Shown here: positions 12,290 to 23,429 of the stretch, piece by piece
Position numbering within the stretch: position 1 is the first letter of the stretch
Layout: every line of letters starts with the position of its first letter
Source: Sphaerodactylus townsendi
Taxonomy: Eukaryota
Reading direction: 5' to 3'
Assembly: GCF_021028975.2 (NCBI RefSeq)
Contig: NC_059429.1
Coordinates: 24,428,001-24,492,000 of the forward strand
Length of the DNA stretch: 64,000 bases
The notes under the pieces: model-generated
Databases searched by the model: none
Told to the model about the DNA's origin: nothing
The model's input: the letters and a program-made list of their open reading frames with translations, nothing else
Translations under genes and position numbers: made by a program

Positions 12290-13230
12290 CAGCGTGGTTC
12301 CTACAACCACGCTCTCTCCCGTTCCCCAAATGCCTCTTGTGGTCAGGACAGGATCCACACACACCCCCACCTCCCAGGTTACAGAAAGCCCCGCTAGATC
12401 TCCAGCCCCTTTCAGCTCCGAACAAAAGCGGGAGATGAGTGCCGGGCAACAACCCTTTCAGCCTCGTGCCTCACGCTGCCCTTCCAAAACACGTCGCCTC
12501 GGGAGGAAATCCTCCGCAACGCTGCTGGACTTACTCGCGAGAAGCGGTGCCGAGGAACGGGCCGCAAGAGCCCTTTCCCGACCCTCTCCTTCTTTCTGTC
12601 CTCGCAGCCCCGGAGGCGCACGTGGGCTCAGCCTCTGCGAGCAAGGAGGAAGGGGGTGCGGGCGCTCCCTTCGTTCCTCCTCCCCACCGCCCTGGTATTT
12701 TCCCCTCCCCGGGAATCCGACCCCACTCCTCCCCTCCCCCCCCCCGGGAGCTCACCTGCGCCCACAGCCAGGCAAGGTCCGGTGCGCTCGCCTCGCCGCT
12801 GGCGCCAGCAGCAGCAGCAATGCCCACCCGGAACGCGCCACCGTGTGACTTTCCTCCTTTCGTCACTGAAGGTGGGGAGGGAGAGAAGGCAGCCCCTATA
12901 GGCGGCCGAGGGAAACGGGGCTGGCCATTGGCTACGGGAAATAAATGGAAGCGGTCGGCTTCTGGCGGCTGCCTCCGCCCCCCTGTCGAGCTGGCGGGGA
13001 AGGAAGGGAGGGAAGGGATGCTTGGCGAGGTGGCGGCTAAGAGGCGCCAGGAAAGTGCCCGGTGGAAGACTGGAGCAGCCCCCGCTGGTGGCAGAGCTGG
13101 GATGGGGAGGCAACGTTTCCGCACCCTCCCAAGTGCCAGGTCGTGGGTGGGGGGCGTTTCGGCCCCCTTCCCCTGCAAGAAGGCTTGTACGAGCCAGGGC
13201 TGTAAGGAGTGTGAGAAAAAGGGTGGGGGG
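12290..13230 (-). promoter_or_regulatory. CpG-island promoter with a probable non-coding first exon (about 12756-12840) of a leftward-transcribed gene
   Basis: CpG-rich and apparently non-repetitive; - strand donor GCGCAG|GTGAGC (plus-strand gctcacctgcgc at about 12750-12761); ETS ccggaa at about 12828, CCAAT box at about 12927, GC box at about 12975, TCGCGAGA-type motif at about 12535. Confidence 0.65.
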
Positions 13231-13247
13231 ACGTTTTCGGTTTACAC

Positions 13248-13395
13248 CAGGGGTAGGGAACCTGCGGCTCTCCAGATGTTCAGGAACTACAATTCCCATC
13301 AGCCTCTGTCAGCATGGCCAATTGGCCATGATGGTAGGGGCTGATGGGAATTGTAGTTCCTGAACATCTGGAGAGCCGCAGGTTCCCTACCCCTG
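13248..13395. mobile_element. Palindromic hAT MITE of about 150 bp (relatives at 15213-15360, 35505-35628, 43084-43229, 46087-46196)
   Basis: Almost fully palindromic around tggccaattggcca; TSD GTTTACAC; TSDs AGCTAAAC, CTATAAGG and CACTAGCC at three of the relatives. Confidence 0.9.
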
Positions 13396-13487
13396 GTTTA
13401 CACCATTCTAGAAGAAGAGTTTGGATTTTTACCCCACCTTTCTCTCCTGTAAGGTGGCTCACAAGTTCCTTTCCCTTCCTCTCCCAC

Positions 13488-13621
13488 CAGTGGCGTAACG
13501 CCAAGGGGACAGGGGTGTGCAACGCACCGGGCGTGTGCCTGTGGGGACATGGCGAGAGCGTTCCAGCGGCATTCTGGGGTGGAGGCGTGGCAGGGGTGCA
13601 GTTCCCCTTGCTCCGCCCCTG
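13488..13621. mobile_element. hAT-type MITE nested in a SINE
   Basis: cagtggcgtaac...ctccgcccctg; TSD TCTCCCAC. Confidence 0.8.
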
Positions 13622-13683
13622 TCTCCCACAACAGACGCCTTGAGAGGTAAGTGGAGCTGAGAGAGTTCTGAATGAACCGTGAC

Positions 13684-14183
13684 CAGGGGTGTACTGCCCA
13701 TGGGGACATGCGGTGTCTCATGTCCCCAGGCACACGCCATCTAGTTATGTGGGGTGGGGCGCCGGGTAGGTCCTTGCGCCCGGCCTCCCCTGCGGTACAA
13801 CGCCCGCCAGCTCCCTCCATGCCCGGGCCATGCTCGCCGGCTTGAAGCCCGCAGGAGAGGCCGGACGCAAGGATGTTCCGGGTCTCAGCTCACCTTGCCA
13901 AGGAGAAAGGTTTTTATAGAGCTGCCAAGGAGAGAGGTTTTTATAGAGCTGCAAGCGAGCACCTGCACAAAAGGAGCCCTCCGATGGCAAGAGGGGGCTT
14001 GTTAAAGATGACGTTACCACTCTTCAGCATCCCCATCTGTACACATTGTGGCAGGAGCAGCCAGGTGCAAGGAGGTAGGGGCACAATTTGGGGAGTGGGA
14101 GCAAATTTGGGGGGACCCAGGGGACACCATTTTAGTTTTTGCTCCAGGCCAGGGGGGCGCCATTTTGTTTAGCCACACCTCTG
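13684..14183. mobile_element. hAT-type MITE nested in the same SINE
   Basis: caggggtgtac...ccacacctctg; TSD AC(C/T)GTGAC. Confidence 0.75.
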
Positions 14184-15902
14184 ACTGTGACTACCCCAAA
14201 GTCACCCAGCAAGAACTTAGGGGTGGGGAAACAAATCTGCAGTCCACTGCTCATGCGGAGGAGAGGGGAATCAAACCTGGTTCTCCAGATTAGAGCCCAC
14301 TTCCTCTTAACCACTAAGTCACACTGGCTCTCTCTGAGTAAGGCACTCATCCACCTCTTGCGTATAAAGCTTAGGGGCACAAAAATGTACAAAATATGCA
14401 CTTGCTATCCCAAGCTAGCATGTCGTTAGGGCGAAAGAGTCAGTGCTCCACAAAGCTGAGCTCCTTGCCTCCTTTTGTACCAGAGATTCAGTAAAAGTAA
14501 CTGCCATCTTGCCTAGGCCTGCTGCTGAAATCAGTGTTTGACTGAAACATGAAACTGCATTAAGAGGCCAGTTCCTTGACAAGGAGTCCTTGAGAGAGGC
14601 TGAATAAACATAAATAATTTAGAGCTGATGATCTGCTTGGATGTGTAGTGCTGTGCAGAGGCGTAGGTGCACTGGTGCATCTTCCACCCCTGCCCCGGAA
14701 TGCGCACACACACACACACACCCGTCCCCTTGGAGCTATGCCTCTGGTGCTGTGTGCCTGTTTTTAATAATACAGAAATTACAGCTTACATATGTATATA
14801 TAACTAATGCATAAAACAAGAAACATCAGATCTAACACTCTTAACTTCAGAAATTACATCCGTAATATGCGACAGTACCATACTTTACTATAATACCTTG
14901 CTGTAATCATATATACCTCAAAATCTCTCAAACATTTTTCTCTGCTTTGTGTTCTAGTAAGAAATAAATGGCTGCCAAACCTTTCTGAAATATTCCTGTA
15001 CATTCCCTTTCCTGTCCCAATCTGCTTGGCTGTGTGTGTAAAGTGCCATCAAGTCACAACTGACTTGTAGCAACCCCAGCAAGGGACTTTCAAGGCAAGA
15101 GATTAAGCAGAGATTGTTTGCCATTGTTTTTCTCCTCAGAGCCTTCCTGGGTGATCTCCCTTCCAAGTACTAAGTCTGCTTAGCTTCCAACGTCTACAAG
15201 GTTGAGCTAAACCAGGGGTCTGCAACCTACGGCTCTCCAGATGTTCATGGACTACAATTCCCATCAGCCCCTGCCACCATGGCCAATTGGCCGTGCTGGC
15301 AGGGGTTGATGGGGATTGTAGTCCATGAACATCTGGAGAGCCGCAGGTTGCAGACTCCTGAGCTAAACCATGCTGCTTCCCTCCCCGTGCCTACCATTAT
15401 TTTATTTATCATCAAGCTGTGCTAGACTGTAGTCCCAGTAAGTCTCCCTTCTGAATACCAGTCCTCCTCGGCTTCCAAGATGTGAGAAGATTTGGATATA
15501 CCAGGCTGCTTCTGTCTGATTACCATTATCTTGTTTATAATCAAGCTACACCAAACTTTATGCACCCAAATTATAGACCAAGTATATTTTTTTCCAGTAT
15601 TGTGTCAGGATCTTTTTGGCTACTACCAATAAGTTTGTAACCAGTGTCTTATCAGTACTGCCTACTCTGAATAGTAGTAGCTCTCCAGGGATTCCAGTAG
15701 AAGTCTGCCATATGATCTATTACCCGATCCTTTTATCTGGATATGTTGGGAACAGAACCTGGAAACTTCCACACACAAAACTGATGCTTGGCCCCTTAGC
15801 CGCAGCCCCATTCATTTCCATTAAAATGACCAAAACAGAAAAAATGTTGAAGACTTTTAAGGTAAACTCTAATGCCAAAATTAAAACCAATTGTATGAGT
15901 TT

Positions 15903-16218
15903 ATTGTCAAAGGCTTTCACGGCTGGAATCACTAGTGTGTTGTGGGTTATCCGGGTTGTATGGCCGTGTTCCGGTAGTATTTTCTCCTGATGATCCCACT
16001 TAATACATGCAAATTACACTTGCAGATTGAACCCTTAACACTTTTAACCAACTCAAATTATTTTTTCTCCCACCCTGGACATTCCACATGTATATATACT
16101 TCATTTCCTTTACTTCCATCAGATTCTCTGAAGATGCCAGCCACAGAAGCACGCGAAACGTCAGGAGAAAATGCTACTGGAACACGGCCATACAACCCGG
16201 ATAACCCACAACACACTA
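15903..16218. mobile_element. Penelope-derived inverted pair with the best-preserved hammerhead motif
   Basis: Arms at about 15930-15990 and 16160-16218 are reverse complements; CTGAAGA at 16128, GAAAC-GTC at 16155-16162. Confidence 0.8.
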
Positions 16219-17237
16219 ATTGTGTGAGTCTTGCTCAGTAACTATTTTATTTATCATCAAGCTGTGCCAGGCTGTAGTCCCAGTAAGTCTCCCTTCCGAG
16301 TACCAGTCCTCCTCAGCTTCCAAGATGTGAGAAGATCTTACTATAAATAGTAAGCTGCCAATATCTGAACATTCTCCATTGGAGTTTTCGTCTGGTGGAA
16401 TAGTTTTCTCAACAATGAGGGCATGACAAATGATTTCAGATCGCCCCAATGAAAAGCGGGGCTTCCATACAAAGCCACTGAAATGACTTCCATGCAAAGC
16501 CACTGAAACAATAAGGAACATTGATGGAAAAGGTTGACATATCTTGCTACCTGTTGCCAAGCAGAGTATTGTGCTGCCATTGCATAAAAATGAAGTCTGC
16601 GAACTATCCTTTCATGACAAGAGAATTGATGTGGCGAGCTTGAATCCAGAGAATTTGCTGTAGGCCATAAATAAATGAAGAATAGAGAACCCAAGAAAGG
16701 GAAAAAAGTGAGGAGCCTTATGTGTGGACCGGGGTAGGGGGGGGGGTGTAGGGCAAAGATTTGCATGACTTAGTTTTAGTGGACTTTAGCACCTGTTTTC
16801 TCTCATGCCAGAGGCAGTGGGGAAAAAGCCATTGGCTGGGAAAGGCTGCTTTGATTGGCTGTGGGAAGTCTAGAAGAGGAAAATTTGGGACCATGACCAG
16901 ACTTCTTTCTTCTTCGATCATCCCCTTCCGTCTTTATTTGAGCAGTAACAGACTTCAAATCCTTGACTGAGGATAGGGGTTGCAGAAGAAATTTGGTGGG
17001 CAGAGTGAAGCATATCCTTATCTTTGCCATTAGACATACCTGCTGCTTCGATTTAGCACATCTGCAGTAAATCAGGTGAGGAGGATCTGTGCTCTGATGG
17101 TGCCATTTCCATGGGGCTTGAGCACCTTGTTGCATTCATCCAGCTCTTGGTAAGCCCCCATACATAACAGATCTGAAGCTGAAATATTGGAGAGGTGGGA
17201 AAGCAAGATTATACAGTCCTGTGGTCTCCAAAGCTAT

Positions 17238-17396
17238 GTATAGAGAAATCTACTATTTACACTATGCCCAATGGCTGTGGTCTCCAAAGCTATGTATAGA
17301 GAAACCGACTATTTACACTATGCCCAATGGCTTAAATCAGAAACATATACACAGAGAAGAAGGCCCTTCGGGGATTGGGCGGTATATTAAGTCAAA

Positions 17397-17481
<85 letters not shown>

Positions 17482-19810
17482 GGGTGTAAGTGCTCTGTTA
17501 ATGTACAATAAAGTGCTTGAAACATACAAACATATGCATATATACTAATTCTTATATTGTACTACTTATTTCTTCCTAATACCGGTACAAATTTCATTTC
17601 CAAAATAATTTTTAAAGAACATTTAAGTCTTTTTAAATCACCAAAGTCCATAAAAAGAATATCGATTTTCATCATATATCTTGAATGTCCACAACTAGAG
17701 AATTTATACATGTCCCAGACCAAAATTATACATGTTCCACATCAGAACCCTTTCCACAATTGTGCGGGGGTTTCAGTTCTTCTTCAATGGTAGTGGAAGT
17801 TCCAAATCTGGCTTGTCAGGAGTCATTCGAGGGGATCAAAATTATAGACATATGATGTCTCATATGTCAATGTTATGTTTACTTTCAAGTCAATGTTATG
17901 TTTACTTACATTTATCTTGGCATTATGCCTGCCATATCCGTTTACTGACAGCATTAATAGGTCATAAATTACAGTATACTTGCTTGTTACAGCCGGGAGA
18001 TAAATCCTCCCAGAACATGCAGGTACTGCATGTACCTGTTAATGACAGTACCTGCTAATTAATGTACCTGCTGATACTAATTACATCAATCTCATTACAA
18101 CACACTCATAAAATACAGTAAGATAAATATCTATGAACATAATTACACACAACAGTCACAGAAAACATGCGAAGACTACTTCTGTATTAATTCCCCACTG
18201 AGTATGGCTTTTCATTTAAAAAATCAATTTCTTGCCTCATTAAAAGCTGTTCCATATTATTGATTGGAATTTCTTATGTATTCTATGTATGACCAAAAAT
18301 TTCATGTCCAAATATGAATGCCCTTGTTGCAAGAAATGTTGTGCCAGGCCCATGTCAGCTCATAATGTATAGTCCCTACTTGCATGTTCTAAAATGCGTT
18401 GCCTTACTGGGCATCCTGTAATTCCCATGTAAATGAAATCACATGGGCACAATATTACATACACACAGTTACACGTGTTACATGAGAAAAAATGATTCAA
18501 CATATATTTAAACTTTGAAAAGGGATGTTGAAATTCTTTAATGTTGAAGAAATATCTGCATACCATGCAGTGACTATATTTAAAATGGCCCTGGATCTGG
18601 CTTTCCCCGTTCTCATCCTGTATAAGTATGTCTGAGTGCACTAACATTTGTCTTAAACTGGTGCTTCTATGAAATGTTATGCATATCATAGATTTACAGC
18701 CAAGAATTTCTGAAAGGACATGCCAATGTCTATATATAATGGATTTGATCTGATTGGTTCGAGGTGTGTAATCTAAGGCTGTATGAATAGGTTGACTTCT
18801 CTGTTTTTCTTCTTGTCAAGCACTATGTAATAATGACCTTCCCTCTATGTGATCTGCCTTCCCTCTATGTGATCTGCCTTACAAACACATTCAACACAGT
18901 GGTTGACTCCCTATTATGATGCCTTGGATCTGAAGAGTTGCGTTTTAATCTAATCAACTATCTATATGACCCTATATGACCCCACTGAGAAATTAAAGCC
19001 CAACTATCTATATGACCCTATATGACCCCACTGAGAAATTAAAGCCCGATACAACCAGGTTTAAAAAGAAACAGAACCTTTTAATCACGGTTTCACCCTC
19101 CCCACTGCAGCGTGTGTCTGATGAGGACATCAATGTCTATCACGGTTTCAAACAGTGCAGCACTCCCTATGAACGCACGATCTGCTCAGTGGCTCTGTTC
19201 TTCCTCGTCCTGATTGGCTGTTGTGTTGGGGCAGGAATTTTTTTTAACCTTTTTTTTGCGCAGCTACATCACCACGCACATGCGTAGATAGAATTTCCCC
19301 AACGCTTTTTTTTCGCGCTAAGCTATGTTTATGCACGGCTTCGACTTTTTCGGCACTCTTTACCCATGCAGCTGCGCTGACACAAAAGTCTAATTTTAGT
19401 TTACAGTTGGCACAGAAATCACGTTCCACACAGCCACGTTTCAACGTAGCTGCCACTGGTGTGAAACAAAAAAAGGGCTGCGTGTGCATCGCACACAGCC
19501 CACTGCGCCCTGATTGGCTGGAAGGTTCCATGTCACTCCCTACGGCGGGAAAATAAACCTAGATTCTGTCTGCTGATCCTCCCCCACAGATCCGACTTCA
19601 GTGCGTGTTTTTTTAAAAGGTGCACTTCCATGCAGGTTCTTAAAAAACACGTGATAAGGGGGAGAGGGAGCGCCAGAACCGGGATGAATCCGTGTTCCGC
19701 AGCTAAGCAGTGGAGAGTTCTTGATATTATATATATTAAGCCATTGGGCATAGTGTAAATCATAGGTCTTTCTATACAATAATCACATTGCCCAAGTCAT
19801 ATTGTAAGTT
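17238..19810 (-). mobile_element. Decayed Penelope-like retroelement (probably Neptune-type) with GIY-YIG endonuclease remnant
   Basis: ORF 18360-18689 (-): Cys-rich linker then NCVYVILCPCDFIYMGITGCPVRQRILEH, a GIY-YIG pattern; inverted repeats near both ends; GTCTCCAAAGCTAT on both sides; boundaries inferred. Confidence 0.7.
17395..17481 (+). repeat. (TAAA)n(TAA)n microsatellite, tail of a short L2-like end
   Basis: Seen directly; preceded by gcccttcggggattgggcggtatatt. Confidence 0.9.
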
Positions 19811-19837
19811 GTCTCCAAAGCTATCACAGGGAACAAG

Positions 19838-20134
19838 TGACACTGGACATTTTCGATATAATAACAAAAAATAAACTGTGGCAAGATAAACAGAGTGAAA
19901 TTTTGAAGATATGGACAATATATGTGGACGATGAAAGAAGCTGGAGTCAATGAGGAGATATGGGAGAAGAGATTACAAAGAATGAACTTACTGCTGTTTG
20001 TTTGATAAAACTATGAAGAAAATACAGGGGGGAGGGGAAAAAGGGGGAAATGTATTGTTTGAAAACGAATGAAGAAAAGTATAATATAAAATGGAATATT
20101 CAAATGATACAATTAACATTTTTTTAAAAAAAAA
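19838..20134 (+). mobile_element. 5'-truncated A-tailed retroposon end (L1/Tx1-like)
   Basis: A-rich body ending in an A-tract, flanked by caaagctatcacagg(g)aaca at 19816-19835 and 20135-20153 (target-site duplication). Confidence 0.55.
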
Positions 20135-20885
20135 CAAAGCTATCACAGGAACAGCCCAGCCCAGCCGTGCAGACATATGCCACCCAAAGAGGTCATTTTT
20201 TGCTATGGGCTTTCCTGGGGAAGAAAGTCATTTTTTTGTGGTTTCCCTGTGGGGAAAAGAGTTTCTCCTCCTCCTCCTCCCCTGGCACCTGTGCTGCCAA
20301 TTGCTTCTTTGGAGGCAGTGCAGTGGCAGTGTCCCCAGATGCCGCTCTACTACACCCCTCCTTTGGATTAGGTTGCTTGTATTTTCCAGGCCTCTTCCCA
20401 GCTTTATTCAGCAGCTCTCTTATCAAAATATTTTTAACCAATCAAGTTCCTCTTTTTTCCTCCAGTGCAAAGTCCCTTCCAATCAACATTGATCAGAACT
20501 TAAGGCCTTTTGAATCCTGGCCCTATAGAATCAGCTGCCCTCTGAGACCTGACTTGCTAGGCTATGTTGAACATTGTAGCTGATATGGTTCCCACTATAT
20601 TGTTTTGAGGACAGCAGTTTCCACCGGGCATATACGGCTTGCATACTGAAAGAGTGCATGGCAGGTACAAGTAAGAGAGCAGGAAAAGGCTTGAATGCTG
20701 GCATTTTTTAGATCAGAATGACATCCTTGGTGGCTAAAATGTGAAAACCATGAGTATATTTATTATATCAGTGATTGGTATGTTATTTGCTAGCAGCATT
20801 TGGGGAGGGGCAGGATGAGGACCCAAGATTATTCTTTGCCCCAACTCACCTATCTGCAGACTGGGAGGGGGGGATATTGACAATA

Positions 20886-21207
20886 TTCATAACCATGTTT
20901 CAGTATTTGAAGGGATGTCATGTTGAAGATAGAGCAAGCTTGTTTTCTGCTGCTCCAGAGACTAGGACAAGGAGTAACAGATTCAAAGTGCAGGAAAAGA
21001 GATTCCACCTGATCATCAGGAAGAACTTCCTGAAGGTAAGCGTTGTTCACCAATGGATTATGCTGCCTCGGTGCGTGGTGGAGTCTCCTTCTTTGGAGGT
21101 TTTTAAACAGAGGCTGGATGTCAGGAGTGCTTTGATTGTGTGTTCCTGCATGGCAAAGGGTTGGACATGATAGCCCTTCTAGTCTCTTCCAACTCTATGA
21201 TTCTATG
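20886..21207 (+). mobile_element. CR1 LINE 3' fragment (other CR1-like ends on - at about 26605-26900 and 54580-54910)
   Basis: MFQYLKGCHVEDRASLFSAAPETRTRSN...RKNFL...VVESPSLEVFKQRLD and a ctatgattctatg tail. Confidence 0.85.
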
Positions 21208-22427
21208 TTACACTTACACTTCTTCCTCCTGTTGACAAACTACAGCACAGCTTTCAAGGTTATCAAATTTGACCACCCACAAGTATTCCATATTCCCTCT
21301 CTCCCTGGCAAATTGAGGAAAGACTGATATTTGCTGAGGCTCTGCAATATGTCAAGTTGAAGAGGCACCATATTATTACTCACTCCACCCTGCAAGTAAT
21401 TTAGAGAACAATCCTGAGCAGGACTACTTAGAAATCAGTTCCATGTTGTTTAATGGTGCTTGCTTCCAAGAAAGTGTTGTTAGAATTGCACGGTCAGTAA
21501 TGTTTAGCATGCAGAAGGCTCTCATAATCTGAGCGCCAAGCTGTAGTTCCAGAATGCCCAACCTTTGGGAGCCTGTGGGCTTTTAAAAATGCTGATATTG
21601 CAACCACACAATAGCTGCCAACAGAGCCAGAGCTACAAAAAGGGCTACTGCAGCTTATCTTCAGTCACACAGTGACAATCCTTGTGGTATGGTGACACCT
21701 GCTGACCAAGAAAGTTTTTTTAAAAAAAACTGAACATCCAAACAAATCTACAATAGCCAATCAAAAGCCTTGCTGGGCAAAAGCTTCACATGGCCCCACC
21801 CACTTTCTAAAAATACCTCTTGAACATGCCTGGGTAGGTGCCATGACCGCGAGGCTGTAGTTTATTGGGCAGGTGTACATCCAGCCTTGACCTGTGCTGT
21901 TTCCTCTGTCCATTTGTACTGGAAGCTCTCTCTACCACCACATAAGCTTTAACAGCTTCTCCTCCACACCCCTTTCCTCTTTTCCTGCAGCTCCAAATCT
22001 TCTGTGCTGGCAAATCCTTTTTTTGGCTGATGGCTCTCCCAAACTTATCTCCCAGCCGCCCTTCCCTCCCAGAATCCCTGGAGGCTTCCAGGTGGGAGCG
22101 GAGGTTTACCGTTGAATTGCTTTCCAAAGCTCATTCTCCCAGGCTGGAGCCTACCCGACAAAGAACTAGTGTGGTGTAGTGGTTGAGAGCAGGTGGACTC
22201 CAATCTGGAGGGCCAGGTTTGATTCCCCACTCCTCCATACTCATCTGGTGAACCGGATTTGTTTCCATGCTCCTACACATGAAGCCTGCTGGGTGACATT
22301 GGGCTAGTTACAGTTCTTTGGAACATTCTCTGGCCCACCTGCCTCACAAGGTGTCTGTTGTGGGGAGAGGAAGGGAAGGAGTTTGTAAGTCTCCTTATAG
22401 GATAGAGAGGCAGGGTATAAATCCATT

Positions 22428-22582
22428 GTATTGTCGAAGGCTTTCACAGCCGGACTCAACTGGTTCTGGTGGGTTATCCGGGCTGTGTGGCCGTGGCCAC
22501 ACAGCCACAGATGCAGGCGAAATGTTAGGAGCAAGATCCACCAGACCACGGCCACACAGCCCAGAAAACCCACCAGAACCAG
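22428..22582. mobile_element. Penelope-derived inverted pair
   Basis: actggttctggtgggtt...ggctgtgtggccgtgg versus ccacggccacacagccc...cccaccagaaccagt. Confidence 0.75.
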
Positions 22583-23429
22583 TATAAATCCATTAATCCA
22601 AACTGTCTTCCTACACACCTGACTTGTACCTCGCACGCTTTTCCCATGACGGTGACCCCAACTACCCAACTTGGACACTTCCCTTGGCACACCACTGCCA
22701 AGAACCCTGTCTGAAACCTGGAAACGCCGATGAGCCCCGTGAGGAAAGTCGGGACCAATTTCCTTGTCTCCATTGCTGAATTTCTGGAGCTTCCTATCCG
22801 TCTGAGCCCCAAGCACAAAAGTCTGGCCCGGCGTGCCAGCTGGCGGAGTTAAGCTAATACCTGGGTTGTAACCGGATTGTCTGTAAGCCGCCCTGAGCCT
22901 GCCATGGGCATAGACATTCAATAATAAGATTAATAAATGAAATAATGACTAATATTGCAGCATGTAGCCGTGAGCCTCGAGTCAGTGCAGCGGACGCCAG
23001 AATGAACGCCAGAATCATAACGCCCTTTGGGTAAATGAGTATGCAGTGGCGTAGTGGTTACAAGCAGGTGCACTCTAATCTGGAGAGCTGGGTTTGATCC
23101 CCTGCTCTGCCACTTGAGCTGTGGAGGCCTATCTGGGGAACGAGATTAGGCTGTGCAGTGCACTCTTCAACACATGCCAACCTTGGGCTAGTCACAGTTC
23201 TTCTGAGCTCTTTCAGTCCCACCCACCTCACAGTGTGTTTGTTGGGGGGGGGGGGGGAAGGAGACTGTAAGCTCCTTTGAGTCTCCTTACAGGAGAGAAA
23301 GGGGGGGGGGGTATAAATCTTCTACAACGATTGCAACTTGGTATGAATGTGGAGTGCGGAATCCGTTGGATTCTGCACAGCACACAGATACCTAGAAGTT
23401 GCAATCGTTGCAAATGAAGGAGGGCTCCT

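Noticed and set aside
12294-13363. Several long overlapping ORFs (184-301 aa) on both strands
   Set aside because: Typical of a GC-rich CpG island with few stop codons; low-complexity Pro/Gly/Arg/Ala; they run into a MITE; no recognisable domain
17337-17525. Poly-tyrosine ORF
   Set aside because: Translation of a (TAA)n microsatellite
17770-17800. Minus-strand TTGAAGA...GAAAC in the Penelope remnant
   Set aside because: Degenerate core and unconvincing stems; at most a decayed ribozyme
19118-19155. CTGATGAG followed by the hairpin gacat-caa-tgtc, a possible hammerhead
   Set aside because: No GAAA follows stem II, so the core is incomplete
23045-23110. tRNA-like A and B boxes here and at other sites
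   Set aside because: These are SINE heads, not tRNA genes; no cloverleaf, and each is followed by a SINE body
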